Shown here one piece after another: positions 1-8,680 of a stretch of DNA of 64,000 nt. The notes under the pieces were generated by a model. The model saw only the letters and a list, made by a program, of their open reading frames with translations. It was not told the DNA's origin and searched no databases. Within the stretch, counting starts at the first letter, position 1; each line of letters opens with the position of its first letter. Source of the stretch: Pseudomonadota bacterium (lineage in GTDB: Bacteria > Pseudomonadota > Gammaproteobacteria > Xanthomonadales > Xanthomonadaceae); the NCBI GenBank assembly GCA_021821195.1, contig JAKACT010000007.1, positions 11,442-75,441 on the forward strand, given 5' to 3'. Position numbers and translations under genes: made by a program.

Positions 1-1
1 C

Positions 2-412
2 GGCACCCACTATCCGATCGCGCTGGAAGGCGCGCTCAAGCTCAAGGAAATTTCGTACATCCACGCCGAGGGCTACCCGGCCGGCGAGCTCAAGCACGGC
101 CCGCTGGCGCTGGTGGACACGCAGATGCCGGTGGTGGTGATCGCGCCGAACGACGCGCTGCTGGAGAAGGTGAAGTCGAACATCCAGGAAGTGCGCGCGC
201 GCGGCGGCGAGATGTTCGTGTTCGCCGACGCCGACAGCAGCTTCAGCGAATCCGAAGGCGTGCACGTGATCCGCACGCCGCGCCACGTCGGCATCCTGTC
301 GCCGATCGTGCACGCCATCCCGGTGCAGCTGCTGGCCTACCACACCGCGCTGGCACGCGGCACCGACGTCGACAAGCCGCGCAACCTGGCCAAGTCGGTC
401 ACGGTGGAATAA
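2..412 (+). CDS. glmS: Glucosamine--fructose-6-phosphate aminotransferase, C-terminal part (5' truncated by window)
   Basis: Frame from nt 2 reads [22 protein letters not shown]...[10 protein letters not shown] and ends in the hallmark [15 protein letters not shown]-stop. Confidence 0.98.
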   Translation, partial: GTHYPIALEGALKLKEISYIHAEGYPAGELKHGPLALVDTQMPVVVIAPNDALLEKVKSNIQEVRARGGEMFVFADADSSFSESEGVHVIRTPRHVGILSPIVHAIPVQLLAYHTALARGTDVDKPRNLAKSVTVE

Positions 413-550
413 GCAGCGGCGAAGGTTGTCCTGGATCAAGGCCGGCGCGCGCCGCCGCGCCTAGGCTGGCGGCGCCGGTCGTCGGCTGCCTGCGGTGATC
501 CCGATGTCGCTTCGCCATTTCCCGCGCGGCCCGCGCCGCGCGTGCTGCGC

Positions 551-1855
551 ATGAATATCTGGCCCGCCGCGGCGCTGATCCGCGCCAAGCGCGAGGGACG
601 CAGGCTGGACGCCGCGCAGTGGCAGGCGCTGGCCGAAGGCATCGCCAGCGAGGCGTGGAGCGAGGGCCAGGTCGGGGCATTCGCGATGGCGGTGGCATGG
701 CGTGGGCTGGATGCCGCCGAGTGCCGCTACTTCACCTTCGCGCTGCGCGATTCCGGCCGCCGCCTGGACTGGCGCGACCTGCCCGGCCCGGTGCTGGACA
801 AGCATTCCACCGGCGGCGTCGGTGATTGCGTGAGCCTGGCGCTGGCGCCGCTGCTGGCGGCCTGCGGCGGCTTCGTGCCGATGATCTCCGGGCGCGGCCT
901 GGGCCATACCGGCGGCACTCTGGACAAGCTGGAAAGCCTGCCCGGCTATGACGTGAATCCCGACCCCGTGCGCTTGGCGCAGGTGGTGCGCGAGGCCGGT
1001 TGCGCCATCGTCGGGCAGAGCGCGGATCTGGTGCCGGCCGACCGCCGGCTGTACGCGGTGCGCGACGTCACCGCCACGGTCGACGTGCCCGAGTTGATCG
1101 TGGCCTCGATCCTGTCGAAGAAACTGGCCGGCGGTGCGCAGGCGCTGGTGCTGGACATCAAGACCGGCAGCGGCGCGCAGACGCCGGCCGAAGCCGATGC
1201 GCAGGCGCTGGCCGCGCGCATGCAGGCGGTGGCAGCAGGCAGTGGCCTGCAGCTGGCGGCGATGCTCAGCGACATGGGGCAAGTGCTGGGGCGCAGCGCG
1301 GGCAACGCGCTGGAGGTGCAGGGGGTGCTGGACCTGCTGGCGGGTCGTCCGCGTTGCCTGCGCCTGCAAGCGCTGGTGCTGGCGCAGGCGGCGCGCCTGC
1401 TGCACATGGCGGGGCTGGCCGAGAGCGAGGACGCGGCGCTGCTGCGCGCGCGCCAGGCGCTGGACAGCGGCGCGGCGGCGGAGCGCTTCGCGCGGATGGT
1501 GGCGGCGCTGGGCGGGCCGGTAGATGTGTTCGCGCACGCGCTGCCGCAGGCGCCGGTGCAGCGGGAGGTCACGGTGCAGGCAGCCGGCGTGGTGCAGGCC
1601 ATCGACGTGCGCGCGCTGGGCGAATGCGTGGTCGATCTGGGCGGCGGCCGGCGCACGCCGGGCGCGGCCATCGACCCGGCGGTAGGGCTGTCCGAGGTGG
1701 CTGAACGCGGCCAGCAGTTGGAAGCCGGCGCGGCCTTGGCCATCGTGCATGCGCGCACCGCCGCCGATGCCGAGCGCGCGGGGGCGCAGGTGCGTGCGGC
1801 ATTCACGCTGGGCGAGACCGCGCCCGTGGCGGTACCGGCGTGGCGTTGGCTGTAG
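551..1855 (+). CDS. deoA: Thymidine / pyrimidine-nucleoside phosphorylase
   Basis: DKHSTGGVGD, SGRGLGHTGGTLDKLES, LYAVRDVTATV, SILSKKLA, DIKTGSGA motifs; start ATG 551 (alternative GTG 542). Confidence 0.93.
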   Translation: MNIWPAAALIRAKREGRRLDAAQWQALAEGIASEAWSEGQVGAFAMAVAWRGLDAAECRYFTFALRDSGRRLDWRDLPGPVLDKHSTGGVGDCVSLALAPLLAACGGFVPMISGRGLGHTGGTLDKLESLPGYDVNPDPVRLAQVVREAGCAIVGQSADLVPADRRLYAVRDVTATVDVPELIVASILSKKLAGGAQALVLDIKTGSGAQTPAEADAQALAARMQAVAAGSGLQLAAMLSDMGQVLGRSAGNALEVQGVLDLLAGRPRCLRLQALVLAQAARLLHMAGLAESEDAALLRARQALDSGAAAERFARMVAALGGPVDVFAHALPQAPVQREVTVQAAGVVQAIDVRALGECVVDLGGGRRTPGAAIDPAVGLSEVAERGQQLEAGAALAIVHARTAADAERAGAQVRAAFTLGETAPVAVPAWRWL

Positions 1856-1926
1856 CGCGGGGAGTCTGCCTGTCGTCGACGAGGTCAGTCACAAGCCCGC
1901 GCGATGACCGCAGCGTTGCCTGTGCT

Positions 1927-2337
1927 TCAGCGCTCGGGAAAGCTGAAGCGATGCGGCAGCAGTGCGCCTGCCGTCACCTCGAGCCACTGCCCGTCGGGTT
2001 GGCGGAAGCTCACGGTTGCGTCTTCGCCGAATTCCACCAGCGCCTGCCGGCAGCCGCCGCAGGGCGAGATCGGCAATACATCGCCGGCGGCATCGAAGGC
2101 GGTGACCGCGATGGCGGCTAGCCGGAAGCCGGCGCCCTCGGCCTGCACCGCCGCGGCGATGGCGGCGCGCTCCGCGCAATTGCCCAGGGTGTAGGACGCG
2201 TTCTCCACGTTGCAGCCGGTGTAGACACCGCCTGCGGCCGAACGCAGCGCGGCGCCGACGCGCAGCCGCGAATACGGGGCATAGGCCTGGCGTGCGGCCT
2301 GCAGCGCGCGCGCGCGTAGGGTATCGAGATCGGACAT
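1927..2337 (-). CDS. cdd: Cytidine deaminase, short homotetrameric type
   Basis: AYAPYS, GCNVENASY, CAE and SPCGGCRQ zinc motifs; the called ORF 1927..2913 has a spurious N-terminal extension, likely start ATG 2337 (alternative 2367). Confidence 0.93.
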   Translation of the reverse strand: MSDLDTLRARALQAARQAYAPYSRLRVGAALRSAAGGVYTGCNVENASYTLGNCAERAAIAAAVQAEGAGFRLAAIAVTAFDAAGDVLPISPCGGCRQALVEFGEDATVSFRQPDGQWLEVTAGALLPHRFSFPER

Positions 2338-2650
2338 TGCGATGTCATCAGGCAGATGGCCATGCATGGTGGCACGCAGCAGCCAGTCGCGCACCTGCGT
2401 TGGCCGGGGGCCACGCACTGGCAGGCCTCTCCTGCCTGCGCGGAATGCACGCGCAAGGTCGCGTCCAGCGCGACGCTCCGCATAGCCTGCCGGCCGCATG
2501 GCCAGCATGTTGGCTAGCAACGGCGTGGTGGGCCCCTGTTCCAGCAGCAGTGCGCCGCCATTGCCGCGGCAAGGTAGACCAGCCATGGACGTGGGCTTGT
2601 GGATGCCCCCGGCCATGGGGGATGCTGCGCGGCGAACCATCGCCAGGGCG

Positions 2651-4813
2651 ATGACGGATGGGGATGGGATGCTTGATGACACGCAAGGCGTGACGCACAG
2701 GCCCGCGCTGCACCGCATCGTCGGCATGCTGTTGCTGGCGCTGGCGGTTCCGCTGCTGGCCTGGCAGGCGGCGCCGGCGCACCAGCAGCCGATCCCGCAC
2801 GCGGACTTCCTGGCGCTGCATTCGCTGCTGGAGGTGTTCGCGGTGGCGGTGGCGGTGCTGGTGTTCTTCATCGGCGTGGGCACCACCGAGGCCGAGCGTT
2901 CGACCCGCGCCATGCTGCTGGGCGGCGCATTCTTGGCGGTGGCGCTGTTCGATGCGCAGCACTTGTTGAGCTATGCCGGCATGCCGGACTTGGTGAGTGC
3001 GAACTCCCCGCACAAATCGATCCTGTTCTGGCTGTTGTCGCGCTATGCCGCAGGGATCGGGTTGCTGGGCTACCTGTTGCTGGCGGAGCGCCCGCTGCCG
3101 GTGTCGCGGCTGCGGCGGCAAGGCTGGTATGCCGGCGTGCTGCTGCTAGTGCTATGCGCATCGTGGTTGCCGCTGGTGGAACCCGGGCGCATCGCGCCGA
3201 TGTATCGCGTTGGCGTGGGCCTGACCCCGCTGAAGGTCGCGCTGGAGTGGGGCGCCTGCGCGCTGTACCTGGGCGGCGCGCTGTTGCTGTTGCTGCGACG
3301 CCGGCGACTGGTGGACATCGACTTCCACAGCCTGCTGCTGGCGTTGCTGCTGCTGGCCGCGGGCGAGCTGTTCTTCACCCTGTACGTGCGGGTGGCCAGT
3401 ACCGCCAACCTGCTCGGCCATGCCTACAAGCTGGTGGCCTATTACTTCCTGTATCGCGCCATCTATGCCGAAGCGATCCGGCGTCCGTTCCGGCGCATGC
3501 GCGACATGCTGACCCACGACGTGTTGACCGGGTTGCCGAACCGGGTGGGCCTGGCCGACCACCTTGGACTGGTGCTGGCGCGCCGGGAAGCGGCGAACGG
3601 CGACTGCGCGTTGCTGCTGCTGGGGCTGGATCATTTCCGCCACGTCAACGACACCCTGGGTTACGCGCAGGGCGACCGGCTGCTGGTGGCGGTGGCATCG
3701 CGCATCCGCGCCAGCCTGCCCAAGGGCGCGTTCGTGGCGCGGCTGAGTGGCGATGAATTCGTGGTGGTGCTGGAAGGCCAGCCGCCCGCCGCCGCGCGCG
3801 AGATGGGCGAGCTGTTGCTGCAGGCGATGGCGCGCGAATTCGGGATCGGCCAGGACCGCATCCAGATCAGCACCAGCATCGGCCTGGTGGCCTGCGCCGA
3901 GCCGGGGCAAGCGCCGGGCACGGTGATGCGGCATGCAGACTTGGCGCTGCATCGGGCCAAGCAGTCCGGGCGCAACTGCATGGAGGCGTACAGCCGGTCG
4001 CTGGGTGCCGAGTTCGACCGGGAGATGCTGCTGGAATCGCAGCTGCGATTGGCACTGGGCCGTGGCGAAATGGTGCTGCACTACCAGCCACAGTGGGAAG
4101 TCGATAGCGGCGCGCTGGTGGGCTGGGAGGCGCTGCTGCGCTGGCGTTCGGCGGAACTGGGCGAGGTGGCGCCCAGCGAGTTCGTGCCGGTGGCCGAACG
4201 CTCCGGCTTGATCCTGGCGATTGGTGGCTGGGTGCTGCGCGAAGCCTGCCGGCAGCTGCGCGCCTGGCGCGAGGCGGGGCTGGCGCCGGGCACCATGGCG
4301 GTGAACCTGTCGGCGCGGCAGTTCCGCCAGCGGGACCTGGTGGACATGGTCGGGCAGGTGCTGCGCGAGAATCAGCTGCCGCCTTCTTCGCTGGAGCTGG
4401 AGGTCACCGAGTCGATGCTGATGGACGACCTGGCCGTCGCCGCGGCGGTGCTGGATGAGTTGAAGAAGCTGGGCGTGCAAATCGCCATCGACGATTTCGG
4501 CACCGGCTATTCCTCGCTGGGCTACCTCAAGGCGTTCCCGCTGCATTGCCTGAAGATCGACCGTTCGTTCATCGCCGATGTGCCGGGCGACCCCAGCGAC
4601 GCGGCGATCGTGCGGACCATCATCGCGCTGGCCGACAACCTTGGCCTGCGCGTGCTGGCCGAGGGCGTGGAAACGCAGGCGCAGCTGGCGTTCCTGCGCG
4701 AGCACCGCTGCGCGCAGATGCAGGGCTACCTGAAGGCGCCACCGTTGCCGGGGGATCAGTGCTTGGCCGTGCTGCAGCAGGCGCAGCGCGATGGCGGCGT
4801 GCCCGCGCCGTAG
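2651..4813 (+). CDS. Membrane-anchored (MASE3-like) GGDEF-EAL c-di-GMP protein, probably a phosphodiesterase
   Basis: Multiple TM segments starting FLALHSLLEVFAVAVAVLVF; SGDEF domain; EAL domain with EALLRW, AVNLS, ELEVTE, IDDFGTGYSS, KID, EGVE; start uncertain (2651 or 2669). Confidence 0.88.
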   Translation: MTDGDGMLDDTQGVTHRPALHRIVGMLLLALAVPLLAWQAAPAHQQPIPHADFLALHSLLEVFAVAVAVLVFFIGVGTTEAERSTRAMLLGGAFLAVALFDAQHLLSYAGMPDLVSANSPHKSILFWLLSRYAAGIGLLGYLLLAERPLPVSRLRRQGWYAGVLLLVLCASWLPLVEPGRIAPMYRVGVGLTPLKVALEWGACALYLGGALLLLLRRRRLVDIDFHSLLLALLLLAAGELFFTLYVRVASTANLLGHAYKLVAYYFLYRAIYAEAIRRPFRRMRDMLTHDVLTGLPNRVGLADHLGLVLARREAANGDCALLLLGLDHFRHVNDTLGYAQGDRLLVAVASRIRASLPKGAFVARLSGDEFVVVLEGQPPAAAREMGELLLQAMAREFGIGQDRIQISTSIGLVACAEPGQAPGTVMRHADLALHRAKQSGRNCMEAYSRSLGAEFDREMLLESQLRLALGRGEMVLHYQPQWEVDSGALVGWEALLRWRSAELGEVAPSEFVPVAERSGLILAIGGWVLREACRQLRAWREAGLAPGTMAVNLSARQFRQRDLVDMVGQVLRENQLPPSSLELEVTESMLMDDLAVAAAVLDELKKLGVQIAIDDFGTGYSSLGYLKAFPLHCLKIDRSFIADVPGDPSDAAIVRTIIALADNLGLRVLAEGVETQAQLAFLREHRCAQMQGYLKAPPLPGDQCLAVLQQAQRDGGVPAP

Positions 4814-4833
4814 CTACGCCGGCCGCCGCGGCC

Positions 4834-5544
4834 TCAGTCGAAGCCGCGGCCTTCGCCCGCTTCCTCGAAGGTCACGCCGTCGCGGATGTGGTAGATGCGC
4901 TTGAAGGTGGGGATGATCTTCTCGTCGTGGGTCACCACGATGACCGCGGTCTGGAAGCGCCGGGCCATGTCGTTGAGCAGGCGGATCACCGCCAGTGCGC
5001 GCTGCGAATCCAGCGGCGCGGTGGGTTCGTCGGCGAGGATCACCGGCGGGCGGTTGACCAGCCCACGCGCAATGGCGACGCGTTGCTGCTCGCCGCCGGA
5101 CAGCTGCGCCGGCATTGCCCGTGCGCGGTGCTGCACGTCCAGCGCGGCCAGCAGTTCCAGCGCGCGCGCGCGCGCCTCGGCGTTGCGCACCCCGGCCAGC
5201 ATCGGCAGCAGGGCGACGTTGTCGGTGACATCGAGGAACGGGATCAGGTAGGGGGCCTGGAACACGAAGCCGATCCTGTCGCGGCGCAGCGCGCGCAGGT
5301 CGCGCACCTTCCAGCCGTCGTCGAAGATCACCTCGTCGCCCAGCTGCATGCGCCCGGCGGTGGGGTCGATCACCGCGCCCAGGCATTTCAGCAGCGTGCT
5401 CTTGCCGGAGCCCGAGGGGCCGATCAGCCCGACCACTTCGCCGGGCGCGACCTGCATGTTGACGTCCTTCAGCGCCAGCACTGCGGTGTCGCCGCTGCCG
5501 TAGCGCTTGCGCAGGCCTTCGATGCGGATGCCGGTGGCGGCCAT
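4834..5544 (-). CDS. ABC transporter ATP-binding protein (MacB/LolD-like)
   Basis: Walker A GPSGSGKST, signature LSGGEQQRVAIAR, ILADEPT, VVTHD; start ATG 5544. Confidence 0.95.
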   Translation of the reverse strand: MAATGIRIEGLRKRYGSGDTAVLALKDVNMQVAPGEVVGLIGPSGSGKSTLLKCLGAVIDPTAGRMQLGDEVIFDDGWKVRDLRALRRDRIGFVFQAPYLIPFLDVTDNVALLPMLAGVRNAEARARALELLAALDVQHRARAMPAQLSGGEQQRVAIARGLVNRPPVILADEPTAPLDSQRALAVIRLLNDMARRFQTAVIVVTHDEKIIPTFKRIYHIRDGVTFEEAGEGRGFD

Positions 5545-5546
5545 GT

Positions 5547-6749
5547 TCAACCCCCGATCGCTTCGGCCGGATCGACCTTCAGTGCCATCCTGATGGCGAT
5601 CACGCTGGACGCCACGCACAGCAGCAGCACCGCGAAGAAGCCCAGCACCGAATCGCCGGGCACCAGCAGCACGTATTTGGGGAACAGCGGCGCGGCGAAG
5701 GTGGCGGTGATCTTGCCCACCACGAAGCCGATCACGCCCAGCACCAGCGCCTGCTGCAGGATCATCCAGGCGATCGTGCGGTTGCGGGTGCCGATCAACT
5801 TGAGCACGGCGATCTCGCGGATCTTGTCCATGGTCAGGGTGTAGATGATGAACGCCACGATCGCGGCGCTGACTGCGGCCAGGATCACCAGGAACATGCC
5901 GATCTGGCGCGCCGAGGTGGCGATCAGCTTGCCCACCAGGATCGCTTCCATCTGCGGGCGGTCGTACACGGTCAGCCGCTTCCAGCGCCGGATCGGTTCG
6001 GCCACCTCGCTGGCGGCGTGGCCGGGCGCCAGCCGCACCAGCACCGCGTTGACCGCGCTGTTGCTGGCCTGTGAAGCGTTCACCGCGTCCAGCAGGCCGG
6101 GCACGCCGGGACGGTTGAAGGCGGGGTTTTCGGCGGTACGTCGGCGCTGCATCCGGATCGCGTCGTTGTCCTTGAGGAACTGCGCCTGCTGCGCGTCCTT
6201 CAGCGGGATGAACACCATCGGGTCGCCGCTGGACGACACCATGCGCCGGGTCAGCCCGACCACGGTGTAGCGATGGCGGCGGATGCCGAGCGTGTCGCCG
6301 AGGCGGAAACCGCCGGCGACGTCGGCCACCGCCTCGTAGTGGCCGCGGGTGATCTGCCGGCCCGCCACCAGCTGCGGCGGCCAGCCGGGCGTGCCGGGGC
6401 TGCCTGCGGCGATGCCGACCACCATCGCGCGCACGTCGCGCTCGCCCTGCCGCACCTGCATGGTGAGGTAGGTGACGTTGACGGCCTGCGCCACCCCGGG
6501 CAGCACGTGGATGTCGCGCCACAGGTCGTCCGGCAGGCTGGAGGATTCCGCATACGGGCCGAGGGTGTCGCGCTGCACCACCCACAGGTCGGCGCCGCTG
6601 TTGTCCAGCAGCACCTTGCCGTCATCGACCATGCCGCGATACACCCCGGCCATGGTCAGGGTGACCCCGATCAGCAGGCCCAGCCCGATCCCGGTGAACA
6701 GGAACTTGCCCCAGGCGTGCAGGATGTCGCGGCCGGCCAGGCTGATCAC
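5547..6749 (-). CDS. ABC transporter permease, FtsX/MacB family
   Basis: N-terminal TM, large periplasmic domain, three C-terminal TMs with REIAVLKLIG motif. Confidence 0.92.
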   Translation of the reverse strand: MISLAGRDILHAWGKFLFTGIGLGLLIGVTLTMAGVYRGMVDDGKVLLDNSGADLWVVQRDTLGPYAESSSLPDDLWRDIHVLPGVAQAVNVTYLTMQVRQGERDVRAMVVGIAAGSPGTPGWPPQLVAGRQITRGHYEAVADVAGGFRLGDTLGIRRHRYTVVGLTRRMVSSSGDPMVFIPLKDAQQAQFLKDNDAIRMQRRRTAENPAFNRPGVPGLLDAVNASQASNSAVNAVLVRLAPGHAASEVAEPIRRWKRLTVYDRPQMEAILVGKLIATSARQIGMFLVILAAVSAAIVAFIIYTLTMDKIREIAVLKLIGTRNRTIAWMILQQALVLGVIGFVVGKITATFAAPLFPKYVLLVPGDSVLGFFAVLLLCVASSVIAIRMALKVDPAEAIGG

Positions 6750-7897
6750 GGCGCGGTGCCCCGGATCCGCTCGACCACGCGGATGCGGCTGTTGGCGGTC
6801 AGCGCCTTCTCGCTGTAGAGCACCACCTGTTCACCGCCGGCCAGCCCCTTGCGCACCTGCACGTTGCCGTCGAGGTCGCTGCGGCCAAGCGTCAGCGGCG
6901 CGAACTGCAGTGCGCCATTGACCAGCTTCCACGCGCCGCGCTGGCCGCCCACGGTGCGGATTGCGGCATTCGGAGTGACGGGCATGGCGGCTTCGCGCGG
7001 CAGTTGCACCGTCACTTCCGCCAATTCGCCCAGCGGCGGCAGCGGCGCGGGCAGTCCGGCGAACACGAGCTTGGCCCGCGTTTCCTCGGTCACGGTGTCC
7101 GCGACCGGCTCGATGCGCAGCACGCGGCCGGCGTGCGCGTGGTCCTGGCCGGAGCGCAGGGTGATCTGCGCCGGCAGGCCTGCGGCGAGGCCGCCGGCGG
7201 CGATCTGGTCGAAGCGGGCGTCGATCCACAGGCTGGACGGGTCGATGACTTCCACCACCGCCTGCCCTGCCACCAGCGTGGTGCCGGGGTCGGCGTTGCG
7301 CGCCACCACCAGCCCGTCCACTGGCGCCACCAGCGCCAGATTGCCGCGCTGGGCCTGCACCGCGTCGCGTTCGGCCTGCAGGCGGCGGATATCGTCGCGC
7401 GCGGCGGCCAGGCCGGCGTTGGCGACGTCCAGCTCCTGCCGGCGCGCGGACGCGGTTTCCACGCTGACCAGCTGCTGCTGCGCCAGTTGGGCGTAGCGCT
7501 GCGCCTGCGCCTGTGCATAGCGCTGGCGGGCCTGCGCCTGCTGCAGCGCCGCCTGCGCGCTGGCGATGGCGGCCTGCTGTGCGCCGATGCGGTCGTCCAG
7601 GTCCACCGGCGCCATCGCGCCCAGCACCTGCCCGGCCTTGACCGCATCACCCACGTGCACGTCCAGCCGCTGCAGCCGCCCGGCGTAGGTCGGGCCGATC
7701 CTGTAGCTGTAGCGCGCCTGCACGCTGCCGATGCCGTACAGGGCCGGCGCGATGCTGCGCTTGGCCACGCTGATGGTGGTGACTTCGATCGGCGCCAGCG
7801 GGCCGGAGCGCACCGCGACATAGCCGAACAGCAGCGCCAGCGGGATGATCGCCGCGACCAGCATCAGCGTGCGGCGGGAGAGGCGTGGCAGGCTCAT
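6746..7897 (-). CDS. Efflux periplasmic adaptor (membrane fusion protein)
   Basis: N-terminal anchor, GRLQRLDVHVGDAVKAGQVL lipoyl half, alpha-hairpin, LVAPVDGLV; 4-nt overlaps with both neighbours. Confidence 0.92.
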   Translation of the reverse strand: MSLPRLSRRTLMLVAAIIPLALLFGYVAVRSGPLAPIEVTTISVAKRSIAPALYGIGSVQARYSYRIGPTYAGRLQRLDVHVGDAVKAGQVLGAMAPVDLDDRIGAQQAAIASAQAALQQAQARQRYAQAQAQRYAQLAQQQLVSVETASARRQELDVANAGLAAARDDIRRLQAERDAVQAQRGNLALVAPVDGLVVARNADPGTTLVAGQAVVEVIDPSSLWIDARFDQIAAGGLAAGLPAQITLRSGQDHAHAGRVLRIEPVADTVTEETRAKLVFAGLPAPLPPLGELAEVTVQLPREAAMPVTPNAAIRTVGGQRGAWKLVNGALQFAPLTLGRSDLDGNVQVRKGLAGGEQVVLYSEKALTANSRIRVVERIRGTAP

Positions 7898-8502
7898 GGC
7901 TGGCTCCGGATGCCGCGGCGGTAGATGGCAAACACGCCGGGCGCATCGCGGCGGATGCGCGCCACGTCGCCGGCGATCAGCGACTGCATCACCAGCCCCT
8001 GCACGGTGCCGATGAACAGGGTGGCGGCGGCGTCCAGGTCCAGCCCGGCATCCAGTTCCTGCCGTGCGATGCCCGCCGCCAGATGCCCGCGCAGGCGCTG
8101 GGCATAGCCGTGGGTCAGGGTCTGCGCCATGCGCTTGGGAAGGGTGTCGCCGGGGCGCTGCAGCTCACCGAACAGCATCCGCGGCACGCCGGGGTGGCGG
8201 GCGACGAAGCCGACGTGGGCCATGAACATCGCTTCCAGCGCGGCTAGCGGGGTGGCGGCCGAGGCCGCGGCCTGGTCCAACTGTGCCAGCAGGCGCTCGC
8301 TGACCCAGCCCAGCACCGCTTCGAGGATCGCGTCCTTGTTGGGGAAGTGCCGGAACAGCGCGCCCTGGGTCAGGCCCATGCGCTGGGCGATGGCGGCGGT
8401 GGTGATATCGCCGGGGTTCTGCTCGGCGGCCAGTTCGACCACGGCTTCCACCGTGGCGGCGCGACGCTCGTCGGCGGGCAGGGGGCGCGGACGCAGGCTC
8501 AT
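7894..8502 (-). CDS. TetR/AcrR family transcriptional regulator
   Basis: HTH ITTAAIAQRMGLTQGALFRHFPNKDAIL; first gene of the exporter operon. Confidence 0.95.
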   Translation of the reverse strand: MSLRPRPLPADERRAATVEAVVELAAEQNPGDITTAAIAQRMGLTQGALFRHFPNKDAILEAVLGWVSERLLAQLDQAAASAATPLAALEAMFMAHVGFVARHPGVPRMLFGELQRPGDTLPKRMAQTLTHGYAQRLRGHLAAGIARQELDAGLDLDAAATLFIGTVQGLVMQSLIAGDVARIRRDAPGVFAIYRRGIRSQP

Positions 8503-8515
8503 CGGGTTTCCGATA

Positions 8516-8535
8516 GTGAGTAATCAATTACTCAC
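8516..8535. promoter_or_regulatory. Perfect palindrome GTGAGTAAT-CA-ATTACTCAC, probable TetR operator
   Basis: 9-bp perfect inverted repeat 13 nt upstream of the TetR start; AT-rich in a GC-rich background. Confidence 0.8.
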
Positions 8536-8607
8536 AATGCTGGACGCTCGCCGACCCGTTTGCAAGGGGTGCGCCCGCCCCAAAGCGGAAATTCCGACCG
8601 CCGGCAC

Positions 8608-8636
8608 AAAAAGGACCCGGCATCACTGCCGGGCCC
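8608..8636 (-). terminator. Rho-independent terminator of btuB
   Basis: Minus strand GGGCCCGGCA-GTGA-TGCCGGGTCC followed by TTTTT. Confidence 0.85.
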
Positions 8637-8680
8637 TGTCGCATCCCTGCGCGCGCCCTTGTGGCGCGTCCTCCCTCAAC

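Noticed and set aside
370-550. attTn7 site at the glmS 3' end as a Tn7-like insertion
   Set aside because: The TnsD-recognised coding sequence is present, but I see no Tn7 end repeats, 5-bp duplication or tns genes downstream
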